From positions 372,001 through 436,000 of the forward strand of contig BROI01000004.1 in assembly GCA_027923505.1 (NCBI GenBank): 64,000 nucleotides of DNA, in the 5' to 3' direction. Shown in pieces: positions 1 to 11,400 of this stretch. The notes below the pieces were generated by a model. The model had not been told where the DNA came from. It did not search any database and saw nothing but the letters and a program-made list of their open reading frames with translations. The position numbers were made by a program, and so were the translations under genes. Source of the stretch: Mayamaea pseudoterrestris. Its lineage: Eukaryota. Positions within the stretch are counted from its first letter, which is position 1. Every line of letters begins with the position of its first letter.

Positions 1-870
1 CTGCTCGCGAGTGGATTGCTGCTCCTTTGCTTGCGAGTCCAGCCCTTGCTTTTGCAGCAACTCTTGCAGTTGCAATTGATCAAGTTGCTCCTGCGACAAA
101 CCAGCCTTGCCCGTTCGTCGCAGAAAGTCGTCCTGCATGATTCGTGTCAGCTTGTGAATGAGAGTACTGTTGTCGCTGCTGCTGCTGGCGTCTGTAAAGT
201 CGTCGTCTGTATTGACAATTTCGTCATGCACATCATCATACTCGTCGTCGGCAATTTGCATCGCACTGCTCCTAGGTCTCATAATGGTCGGCAGCCAGTT
301 CCATGCGCTGCTCCGACTCTTACTCAGCCTTTCGGTTTCATTGTCATGTTCTCTTACAGTTTGCAACATGTTCATGGCTAAATGTCGCATGGCATGGTCA
401 TCGCGCGTCAAATGCCGCAGTACTTCTTGGTGTTCGTCCAGCTCCATGCGCGTCGCTTGCAGTGTGCGTTCCATTTTGCGCTTCTCCTGGGCATTCTTGA
501 GTGACTGCGCCGAAACCAATACTAGTATAAAGGCCAGGGCCGACTGCATGGCGCCGTGCTTGACGCGCTGCTGGTGTAAGAGTGCTTTTGTAGTCGTTGC
601 AGCTGCTGCAGATGGTGATGCAGTTGCTGATGCTGCATTGGAAAATATAGCAGGCTCCGTCTTTTTGCCTAGCGTACTCTTCAAAGCTTCATGTCGTACT
701 TGAGCTTGCTCTGTTGATGCGTTGGAATAGTATCGACTGAAGGATGCATGGAATTGCTTGTGCTCGAAACGAAACGAGTGCAGCGATGGTGCTAGTTGCG
801 ATCGTCGCTCGATGCCGCCGAATCGAGGCAGTAAAGCAGCGCAGCCCTTTACACCTATGGATCGTTGCAT
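1..870 (-). CDS. Hypothetical protein, possibly mitochondrion-targeted with one hydrophobic segment and a coiled coil; 3' end runs off the window
   Basis: Not in the ORF track. Manual translation from ATG at 870 is open to base 1: MQRSIGVKGCAALLPRFGGIERRSQL...FSRYYSN (R/S-rich presequence-like), SALAFILVLVSAQSL (hydrophobic), then E/Q/R-rich helices. Confidence 0.6.
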   Translation of the reverse strand, partial: MQRSIGVKGCAALLPRFGGIERRSQLAPSLHSFRFEHKQFHASFSRYYSNASTEQAQVRHEALKSTLGKKTEPAIFSNAASATASPSAAAATTTKALLHQQRVKHGAMQSALAFILVLVSAQSLKNAQEKRKMERTLQATRMELDEHQEVLRHLTRDDHAMRHLAMNMLQTVREHDNETERLSKSRSSAWNWLPTIMRPRSSAMQIADDEYDDVHDEIVNTDDDFTDASSSSDNSTLIHKLTRIMQDDFLRRTGKAGLSQEQLDQLQLQELLQKQGLDSQAKEQQSTREQ

Positions 871-1170
871 GATTGAAAGAGTCAATATTTGCTATCGGGT
901 TTGTTTTCTACATCGCGCACAGCCGACCGTTTTCCATGGCCATGGTTGAGACGGAAGGTTGTTGTGATGGAGCGTCTCGCACCGGTTATCGTTACATGAT
1001 ACGTACCTGTCGCACCACGAGTGATGTCACCTGCTTTTCCTTCGCCGAACGACAAACAACGGCCTCATCAATCAGCACAGCAAAAGCCTCGTCGTCGATC
1101 AATCCAGCGAGCGACATCACACCATTATATTGCCTGCATTGGTCATTTGTATACTAAAGAAAAAGTAAAT

Positions 1171-2859
1171 ATGTCGGCTGCTCAAATAGCAAACGCTGCC
1201 GAACTAGTAGCAACCAAGGGAGGCAAGCATTGGCCGCACAAGAGCCCGGCTCTCTCGGTAAGATCTTCTTGCTCCTAAGTTTGGTCGCTTTGCGTATCTT
1301 TTGCTTGAGATTGTTAGGCTTGATCATTACACGAATCTGATCCTTTCATTCCATTCCTCATTCAATTGTAACAGAAGGCAGTTGAGAATGCGTCAAAGCT
1401 CACCATAAGTCCAGAGCACGACGAACCCATGGGCTCTTGGAGCTCGGAGCAGATTCGTGATGCCACAAGCTCCTCCGTCATGCTCACTTGGGCGCCCGGC
1501 AAGGCTCGCCATTCGACTCCAATCATTACTCACGGCGAAGGAGTCTACTTGTTTGACGACAAGGGCAACAAATATTTGGATTGGACGTCGCAAGCAGTCT
1601 GCTCCAACATTGGCTACACCATGCCGCAGTCTGTCTTGGATGCCACGTTGCAGCAAATGAAGAATTGTGCCTTTGTCTATGGCGGCCTTGGCATTGTTGA
1701 AGTTCGCGCTCGATTGTCGAAACTCATGACGGAACTACTACCTGGAGATTTGCAGGGAATGGTCTTTCCATCGAGCGGGTCGGAAGCAAATGAAGCGGCA
1801 ATCATGATGGCGCGTCGATACACTGGCAAGTACAAGGTTATCAACTGGTATCGTAGCTACCATGGAGGAACTACCAACAGTCAGCAAGCGACTGGAGACT
1901 TTCGTCGCTGGTATGGAGGCGATCATGTACCTGGTTTTGTCAAGGCATTTAGTCCCTTTCCACTCTTTTGGGACTATGCGGGCGATGATGAGGCGGAACG
2001 CACGCAAATGGCCCTCAACATGCTGGAGGAATTGATTTTGAATGAAGGACCTGATACGATTGCGCTGCTGCAGTTCGAGTCGGTTGTTGGAGGAGGAGGT
2101 GTTTTGGTGCCACCGCCAGGATATATGCAGGGTGTGCGAGCCATGTGCGACAAGTACAATATTCTCATGCATTGTGACGAAGTCATGGTTGGATTTGGAC
2201 GAACAGGGGAGCTCTTTGGCTTTCAGAACTATGAAGGAGTCATTCCGGATATTGTCACGGCGGCCAAAGGAATCACGTCGGCTGCCTTGCCACTCTCCAT
2301 GACGGCGGTCCGCAAGCACATTATGGAGGCGTTTGAAGATAAACCAATCGGTTGGGGGTCAACATATCAGGGTCATCCAGTCGCCATGGCTTGCGCCTAC
2401 GAGAATGTCAAGTACTTGATCAAGAACGATATCATTGGGCATGTGCAGCGCCTCGCTCCAGTGGTGGATGAGCAGATGAAAAACTTGGCCGAGAACCATC
2501 CGTCCATTAAGCAGTATCGGTCTATTGGACTATTTGGATGCTTTGACGTTCATAATCCTGATGGATCGAACCCGCAACTGCAACATACGGCTGTCGACAA
2601 GGCATTTGTCGAGTACAAAAAGGTGCGTCAAGTAAAATGAGTGTACAACAACCTGCGCCCATGCATCTTTGTTCCACTTAAGCATACGGCTTCTTTCTTT
2701 CTATCGCAGGCGTATACCGCTAATGGCTTGATGGGGCTTCTGCGCCCGCCGCACTTGCACGTTGCGCCGCCATTGGTAATTTCGGAAGATGAGTTGATTG
2801 ATGGATTTGAGCGCCAAGACAAGGCACTTGATGTGCTGGACGAAGCCTTGGGATTTTAG
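1171..2859 (+). CDS. Class-III PLP-dependent aminotransferase (omega-amino acid / taurine-pyruvate-like)
   Basis: Exons 1171-1257, 1375-2622, 2710-2859 joined by GT-AG introns in frame. Motifs GEGVYLFD..GNKYLD, SGSEANEAA, SYHG, DEVMVGFGRTG and PLP lysine in PDIVTAAKGI. Confidence 0.9.
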
Positions 2860-3088
2860 CTCTCCGCAACAAGAGTACTCACAAGCAACGGCTTGTAGAT
2901 CGGCCGAGTATTCAACATTACGTAAATAAGTTACCTTGAACTCTTTACTATTTATTATCAATGACATAGCTAGACGCGTTTGCTCTTACTTAAAGATAAG
3001 GTTAGAAGTTTTGGTCATCGAGGATGTCCGCCGCGCTTCTCCACACGCACCGTTGACCTTCATGAAAACAAACCTTTCGTCGCCTTGA

Positions 3089-3847
<759 letters not shown>

Positions 3848-4064
3848 AAGGACTGGCGCGCAAGAGGAGCAGAAAGGAGTATGTATAGTACAGCACAAAC
3901 CGACTGAATGGACTTGGAAGTGGATATTTTTCAACTACCGTGCTCCAAATAATACAATTGACAAGTCACAAAAAGACTTATTGTTCTATGATCACTACGA
4001 GTCGTTACAAAGTATCGTACCGCGTTAAGCGCCTCAGCTAGAGGCCTCATGAACGAATATTAAA

Positions 4065-4556
4065 TTAGATCATGTCAGCCTTGGCCTTCTCAATCATCTC
4101 TCCCAACTCCCCATTCTGATACATTTCAATCATAATATCTGATCCTCCAATAAACTCTCCGCAGACATATAGTTGAGGAATGGTTGGCCATTGGCTAAAA
4201 TCTTTGACTCCTTGGCGAATGCCTTCGTCGGCAAGTACATCGACCGAGTGATATTCAATGCCGAACGAGTTCAAAATCTGCACCGCCGTGTTACTGAACC
4301 CGCATTGAGGAAATAGCTTGTTTCCCTTCATAAACAGTAGGACCGGATGATTTTCAACCATGGCCTTGATGCGTCCTTGTGCATCGTCGGATCCATCAAG
4401 AAAATCGGCATCCGCCATGGAAATTGCAGTCGGCAATGAGCTTGCTTGAGATGATATTTTCGCCAAACCGACTGGCGGCCTCATTGGCGCAAAGGCATGG
4501 ACAATGGATCCCAGTAGGGCCACGACGGCAAGTACTAGCAAGCGTTGAGACGTCAT
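4065..4556 (-). CDS. Monothiol (CGFS) glutaredoxin, plastid-targeted
   Basis: [26 protein letters not shown]-terminus [24 protein letters not shown] fits a diatom bipartite plastid presequence. Confidence 0.9.
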   Translation of the reverse strand: MTSQRLLVLAVVALLGSIVHAFAPMRPPVGLAKISSQASSLPTAISMADADFLDGSDDAQGRIKAMVENHPVLLFMKGNKLFPQCGFSNTAVQILNSFGIEYHSVDVLADEGIRQGVKDFSQWPTIPQLYVCGEFIGGSDIMIEMYQNGELGEMIEKAKADMI

Positions 4557-4650
4557 GGTGAGTTGCGAGATTTGTGTGAACGCCACCATGGATAAAGTCG
4601 CTTCGTCGATGACGTACCTCGTGTCGCACCATGACGCACCATGACTCGCC

Positions 4651-4831
4651 AATAGTTGGTACTATGAGATAAGGTGTAGTCCCAAAAACTTTGATTTTCA
4701 CTGAGTGTCGCACCATGATCAAAGTTATTGGCACTATGAGATAAAGTGTATTGCCAAAAACTTTGATTTTCGCACTATGAGTTATAGTGTAGTCCCAATA
4801 ACTTTGATATTTTTCAAAGTTATTGGCAGTA
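4651..4831. repeat. Cluster of direct and inverted copies of TCAAAGTT(T/A)TTGGCACTA (same family as 45510-45760)
   Basis: Copies at about 4677-4698, 4719-4736, 4749-4770, 4789-4807 and 4811-4831 in both orientations, in a divergent promoter. Confidence 0.8.
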
Positions 4832-4917
4832 CACTTTACTCCACACTGCAAAGTCTCCAGCGAAACGTGTTGATGATCGACCATGGCGTTCCAGTCACTT
4901 CCGACAATCATGGCTCT

Positions 4918-5844
4918 ATGTTGCCCTCTAACTTTTGTTTCTGGAGTCTTTTCATTTGCACTCTAGTCCATCAGTCTACTTCATATCTATCGCTGCCATC
5001 TGCGAAACGCATGCCAATCAAAATGAGCTCTGCTGCCACACCAGATGCCACGTCTTTCCCTGCGTCTCCAACCAATCTAGACGAAACTTCTAAAGTTTCA
5101 GCCGCAATCGCCTTTGCCAAACTGGTTGGCAAGCTCAAGACGACTCCTCGCACGGGGTGGGTTCGACGTGGCGTTCCGCGATATGAGAGCGTTGCCGATC
5201 ATAGCTGGAGGGTAGCAGCTCTTTCGCTTGTCATGGCGTCATCATCCAATGGAACCGCGTCAATCGACCTTGCAAAATGCATGCAACTAGCAGTCGTTCA
5301 TGACATGGCTGAGTGCATTGTTGGCGATATTCCTCCTGATGATAATGTATCAAAGGAAGATAAGCAACGAATGGAGCTGGATGCTGCCCAGACCATTGCG
5401 CAGCTTCTACATGGAGTGAACGGAAATGGTTCTGAGCAAGCTTCGAAAGGTGATGCAGGGTCCTACTTTTTGAACCTCTTTCACGAATTTGAACTGCGCG
5501 ATACTCCAGAATCCAAGGTTGTCAAGGATTTGGATCTGATGGACATGATAATACAAGCCGACGAGTACGAGGAACGTTTCGGAACGGACCTTTCCGACTT
5601 TTTTGTCAATACTCAACCAAGCCGCTTTCAAAACCCATTCATGCGGCAAATGGCTGAACAAGTCCATGTGCAGCGTACTGAGCGAATAGCGCGACAAAGC
5701 AAAGCTGTAAATGGATCTGCATCATCGGACTTATCAGCCAAAGACAAGGCTTTTGTTGAGGAATTTTCGCGGGCGTCGTCATCGCTTGACACAGTCGAGA
5801 TTGAGCGTGTCGTTAAGGCTTTACGGGCATGGGATGAACGATGA
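4918..5844 (+). CDS. HD-domain 5'-deoxynucleotidase (HDDC2/YfbR-like) with N-terminal extension
   Basis: LKTTPRTGWV, ESVADHSWR, VHDMAECIVGD, VKDLDLMDMIIQA. Start placed at ATG 4918 because the upstream part of the track ORF runs through the repeat cluster. Confidence 0.85.
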   Translation: MLPSNFCFWSLFICTLVHQSTSYLSLPSAKRMPIKMSSAATPDATSFPASPTNLDETSKVSAAIAFAKLVGKLKTTPRTGWVRRGVPRYESVADHSWRVAALSLVMASSSNGTASIDLAKCMQLAVVHDMAECIVGDIPPDDNVSKEDKQRMELDAAQTIAQLLHGVNGNGSEQASKGDAGSYFLNLFHEFELRDTPESKVVKDLDLMDMIIQADEYEERFGTDLSDFFVNTQPSRFQNPFMRQMAEQVHVQRTERIARQSKAVNGSASSDLSAKDKAFVEEFSRASSSLDTVEIERVVKALRAWDER

Positions 5845-6011
5845 GACTTTATCGGATGTATCGTGCCATTTGATACGAAATGGCCCGTGGTATGTAGTAA
5901 ATTAAAGCTATTTCCACTTATTACTGAAGTAAGCGTTCATTAACGCATGTATTTTGCCTGTCGTTGGTGTGGCGGCACAGGTTATAGCAAAGGCATCTTC
6001 GCCATCAGTCG

Positions 6012-7139
6012 CTACTTTGACTGCGTAATCCCCGCAGCTGCAACATTCTCCTTCCCTCGCTCTCCGAATCGACCAGTCTCTCCTCGATCCAACTGCTCGT
6101 ACGTTTGGCCAATGGCCAAGGCAGCAGAATTTTGCTTCTCTCCGGGTAGGAGCTGCTGTAAAATCGCATATGAGGCTGCAACAGACTCTTTCGATAGTGG
6201 TTCCTTGTCGGAAGAAAGGCGCGACAAGGCTGTCGCAATATTATCAGCCTTTTGGTATCCTGCTAGACCAACCATTTCAAACGTTTTCCCAGTCGCCTCT
6301 GGTAGCGACAATGCCTCGACCAAGACTTGAGCTACATCGGCTCGATTGACTCTTCCACATGCAACGTCGCCTTGCGAAAAGATTGGTCGAGAACCAGCTG
6401 GCCAGTCGTCATTCAAACCGCACGGCCGAATGATGCAGTATGGTGTTCCGCTTTGTCGAAGTTTTTCTTCGCTCTCACGCTTGATATCCAGAATACCGGC
6501 TGGATTGAGACGGACAATGGGAATGTCTGCTGCACCAATGAACTGTTGCTTCTTTGCCTCGTCCCAAACGGTGCGTGTGACGCCGGCGCTGCTCAGCATG
6601 ACAAGCTTTGGAAGAAGGGGCTTGTTGTTGCGGGAATCTCCATTAACGGCGGGAGCCTTTTCGTTGAAGAACTTGGCAATGGCTTGTATTCCAATGGAGT
6701 CAATTGACTGCTTGGGCTCGGCGTCTGCGGTCGTTTTTCCTCCAAAGAATTTACTCTTGATCTTGTCCAGCAGGCTCGTCGGCGCAGACGCAGTTGCTGG
6801 TCCACTGGTAAAGCCCGAGGCGCACCATACAGCTGCATCAACGCCATTCAAGGCCTGCTGAAGCTCTTGTTCGTTTGTAAAGTCGCACGCGACAATCTTG
6901 AGCTTGTTTAGTTCACTTTCAGAAAAAAGTCGCTTGGCCTTGTCTTCATCGCGGACGACGGCGACAACATTGGAGTTTCGTCGAAGCAGCTCCTTGACAA
7001 CCAACGATCCCGTTCGACCGGTAGCTCCAGCGACTGCAACCGTCGACGGGGGTGAAGGGGACGCAAATGAACGGACCCTTTGAGCTGTCAGCAGCAGCAG
7101 GACGAGTGTGCCGACTCCGGAAAATCGTTGACTGGTCAT
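6012..7139 (-). CDS. NAD(P)-binding Rossmann-fold protein (atypical SDR / TIC62-like), plastid-targeted
   Basis: VAVAGATGRTG dinucleotide-binding motif, KRESEEKLRQSGTPYCIIRPCGL, signal peptide followed by SF-ASP. Confidence 0.8.
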   Translation of the reverse strand: MTSQRFSGVGTLVLLLLTAQRVRSFASPSPPSTVAVAGATGRTGSLVVKELLRRNSNVVAVVRDEDKAKRLFSESELNKLKIVACDFTNEQELQQALNGVDAAVWCASGFTSGPATASAPTSLLDKIKSKFFGGKTTADAEPKQSIDSIGIQAIAKFFNEKAPAVNGDSRNNKPLLPKLVMLSSAGVTRTVWDEAKKQQFIGAADIPIVRLNPAGILDIKRESEEKLRQSGTPYCIIRPCGLNDDWPAGSRPIFSQGDVACGRVNRADVAQVLVEALSLPEATGKTFEMVGLAGYQKADNIATALSRLSSDKEPLSKESVAASYAILQQLLPGEKQNSAALAIGQTYEQLDRGETGRFGERGKENVAAAGITQSK

Positions 7140-7528
7140 TATTTGATACTTCCTCTCCTCCAGCCTTTAATACAAGTCTGGGCTATCCAATGGGGACTTG
7201 GTGATAGGTATGGTGCGCCTAATGTGTGCGTCTTAGCTTGATTTACTTGAGTGAGACGATTGGAAAGTTGATGATGTGTTGGAGGATGCGTCATGGCCGG
7301 ATCTTCGAATCGATTCGCTTTCCATTACCGTTGCGACTGCACGATAGAGTACGTCACGCATTTGCGAGCTCTCGTTCGCGCGATCTTCGCAGAGAGCTCG
7401 ACGCAAAGATCGCGCGCTCCCTCCACCTCGTTCCTTCGCAACCGTACTCGCACAACTCACTCGTCGCATCTGTTCCAGCTTTCAAGTCACCCAACAAGTC
7501 TCTCTCTACTGCCATTCAATTATTCTCC

Positions 7529-8327
7529 ATGACTATTACAAAAGTTCTCTCTCAAACGGCCTTGAAGGCTGCTGTCAATCTGCAGTCCGCCAAAGTTCCA
7601 ACGCAGCTCGTCAAGTCGAGCGCCGCCCTCTTCTCCGCCTACGGCGGCAAGCAGCAGGAGCTTCCCAGCTTGACGTACGACTATGGCGCGTTGGAACCAG
7701 CCATTTCGGCGGAAACCATGACGATTCATCATACCAAACATCATGCAACGTACGTCAACAACTTGAATGCAGCCATTGACAAACTGGATGCAGCCTTGAG
7801 TTCTGGTGATGTTTCCGGAATCATTTCATTGCAGGCAGCCTTGAAATTTAATGGAGGAGGTCACTTGAACCATACACTGTTTTGGGAAAACTTGACGCCG
7901 CACTTGACGCATCCAGAGTCTCCCAAGGGTGACTTGGCGACTGCCATTGACCAGTGCTTTGGCAGCTACGACGGTTTCAAAAAGCAAATGAGCGACAAGA
8001 CAATTGCCATTCAAGGAAGGTATGTAACATGTCGGCGTAATTTTAATACGCTACGTTCAAAAACTTACTTTGTTAAATTTGTTGGAATTTTCCAGTGGTT
8101 GGGGCTGGCTTGGATACAACAAGTCGACGGGCCGATTGGAGATTGCAACCTGCGCGAACCAGGATCCTTTGCAGGCCACGACCGGACTTGTTCCACTTCT
8201 TGGCATTGACGTTTGGGAGCATGCCTATTATGTTGACTACAGAAATGTGCGGCCCGATTATGTCAAGCAAATCTGGGACGTCATTGACTGGGACGCTGTG
8301 GAGGCTCGCCTCAATGCTGCGAAGTAA
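7529..8327 (+). CDS. Manganese superoxide dismutase, probably mitochondrial
   Basis: Exons 7529-8019 and 8096-8327. [19 protein letters not shown], spliced [16 protein letters not shown]. Confidence 0.95.
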
Positions 8328-8441
8328 TTGGCATTGCCGCATTTCAAGCCGGCTTAAAAATAGTCAAAGGAGCTGCGATGCGTTTTCTATTAGTCCACGT
8401 TAAGAGTAACTCAAATTAAATGATACTGCTCTTTTACGTGT

Positions 8442-11400
8442 TTAAGACCGTTGTCGCTTGGCCTCGCGGAGCTTGTCGCGTTTGCCTTCCGCACGATACT
8501 CACGCTTCTTGTTTACCTTGCGAGCGGCTTGAATCGCAGCATCCTTCTTGGCGTTTTCCTTCTCCTTGTCGGCTCGCTTTTCGTCCTTCTTTTCTTTGCG
8601 AATTTTGACCTTCTCCTTTCGAATCGTATTGAGCGCTTGAATGAATGTGACCTTCTTTCGCTCCTCCGGCTCAAGGACTACGGCGCGTTTGGATAAGTAG
8701 CCCTTCTTTTTGCGCTTCGTTGCGTCCTTAGGCTTGCTGGCATATGGAAGTGCTTCCTCCAGCTTCTTGGGAACAAAAAGCTTTGTCTTCTTCTTCTCAG
8801 GTCGCTCAATCGGCTTGTATATAGAGTCCGGGTTGACCTCAATGGGCGTATCCGTCTCGATCTGCAGCTGCGCCTTGGGTTTCATTCCGCGCCAACCTTC
8901 AACACCACCAGAAGTTAAATGGTTGGTAACAGGATTGTAATACTTTTTCACGTCCACAGGCATCCATGTACGGCAAACGACGATATCAGACATGAGAATC
9001 TTATCTTCGAAGGTAGCACGGAAGGAACCTGGCTGGCCTTGGCGGATACCCTTCTTTACTTGACCACGAATGCCACTGACGGTTTTGATCTTAGCGCCCT
9101 CGAAACGACTGACTTCAAGGTCACTGTTGAACATACCGGAAATAAATGCCGAATTTTTGAAGATTTTAGTCGGTGTTCCGACAAGCTTAAGCTTCTTCGC
9201 GATTGAGAACGATGCATTTAGTTCCAATACGACGCCCGTCGCAGCAATTCGGAAGCCTGAAATGTTACCAGCCATGCGTTGAATCGCAAGAATACCAGTG
9301 TTCGGTGGCGTCTGCGGTCCATAGAATGTCGCGTAGCAATGCATATGCTCTGGCGTGTATTTGAGGTACCGATGCCGACTGTTTTGGTCCTCTGTCGAAT
9401 ATACTGGTATGCTCTGAAAGCGGCGCCATCCGATTGAAAACACCAGAGGGTCGTTACACTTTAATATCTTCCTGTGCCAGCGATGTTTCTTGATGCGGCA
9501 ACGCACCAAACCCAGACTAGTCTCTTGGGGAGTCAGACCGCCAAGGATTAACGGCAAGTTTGGGTTAAACGACGAAATGAAAGCAGCTGGTATTCCGTCA
9601 ATTTGCACGCGACAGTACAACCCTTGCCGAAATCCTTCGTGCCTCTGGCGTGCGCGTTCGCCATCTTCGCCAAACTCTTCTTGATTTCTAGCCAAGCGAG
9701 CTTCCTTGTCTTTCTTCATCTGCATAACATACGCATTCTCTTCCTCTTTATCGTCCTGCTCTTTGTCCTTTGTTTCGTCCTCGCCCTTCCCAACTCTGGC
9801 CACCATCTTTTTCTTCTCTTTCTTCTTGGCGTAGTATTCTCGTCGTTGCGTGTCAGTCATGCCTGCCACATCTTCGCTATCGCTAGCTTCATCTTTAATT
9901 TCAAGTTCCGTTCCTCCAAATTTCTCGCCCGTTTGAAGATCTTCAAAATCGCCAAAGTTTTCACCATCCTCGTCGACATCTTCATCAGCCTTGTGCCACT
10001 TGCCCGTCACAAACTTGTCGCGCAGCGATTCTATTAGTGACTCCTCTCCTTCTTCGAGCCATGGTGATACGTCCACATAGCCGGCGTCGAAGGAACCGGC
10101 TAATCTACTCGAATCCTCTTCACCCAAATATGAAGTTTGCAATTCTTTAGCCTCTCCATTGTTGTTTAAACGACCGACTGCGCTAGACTTGCTCTTGGGC
10201 CGGAAAAATTCATCATCTGAAGCATCATCATCACCAGTCTGCGTATCAACAAGTGCGTCGTCTTCACTAACAACAGTGGTTGCAGCACTTCCGTATATTA
10301 ATTCCTGCAGGTTGGCTGAAGCTGACTGCCGGTCGAGGAATGACTGTGCGGCTCGGCGCGATATGTCACTCTTCCAGTCGCCAGGTTTGGAGGACCGAGA
10401 CACCTTATTGCTCCCGCCGGCTGAGGAAGCGTCATCACTATCACTACCTTCGTCGTCGTCATCGTTGATCTCCTCTTCTTGGTCATCATCACTGTCGTGG
10501 TCGACATCTGACATTGCGTCATCCGATTCGTCGCCGCTCTCATCGTCGGATCCGGAATCACTTTCAAATTCGGATGAAATCCCGCCTGTCTGATCACTTT
10601 CCAGGATAGTCCTTCGGCGCAAGGGTATGGACGCCTCATTCACGCGATTGTCGTCCTCCTCTTCGTCGCTTGAGGCGTCGGAACTAGCTGGTATCGCTGC
10701 ACTGCCGCGGAATAGGCGAAGGCTCGATTTCTTCATCTTCTCATCGATCCCAGTTCGAATGTCCTGCATACCTTTCAATATTCCCGCTGGAGTATCGGAA
10801 TCATATTCCGGCTCCATGTCCTCGTCATCTTCTGCTTCTTCGTCATCGCCATCATTGCCAATCCGAGCTGGCAAAGCGAGATTTTCCTTCTTGGTGTAGT
10901 TGATCTTTGGAATGTCAATGTAGATTGCATCATTGTCAAACGCAACTGCGCCCACGTTGGAAAGCGGGGCAAATAACAGATTGCGCTTACTCAAGGATGT
11001 GCGTTCCTTGTCCTTCTCCACGAGTGGGCAAGGATCTGGTAGAGTCGTAACACTGTTCATGCTATAATCACCGACACCAATCAAATGTACCTTCATATTT
11101 GGTTTCAAATGCGTCCCGCGCACGTAGCCGTAAAAAACGACGCTACGAGAGCATTCAGCGTCACGCTCAATCTCGTTCGGGTCCGTAATGTCTTCATGTC
11201 GATCTACAAGAACGTATGGATGGGTATTATGCCAGACAAGAGGGCGGTACTGTTATATGCGTGAGAAAATGGCTAGTGTGAGAGCATATAGGTACAATGA
11301 CCACCAACTTCCGAAAAGTTTGTCTTCTCTTCCTCATTGTCAGCTGCTGACGGCATTTTGCTCGACGGCGTCTTTCATTTCGTTCAAGATGATTCAGATA

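Noticed and set aside
16..703. Plus-strand ORFs 16-381 and 158-703, and similar Ser/Leu-rich ORFs opposite real genes (e.g. 40644-41597, 56753-57409)
   Set aside because: They are antisense shadows of the coding strand with no recognisable motifs.
7226..7528. Long N-terminal extensions in track ORFs for SOD (also 4705, 21333, 23899, 45837)
   Set aside because: They begin at GTG/TTG codons not normally used in eukaryotes. Downstream ATGs give sensible targeting peptides or conserved starts.
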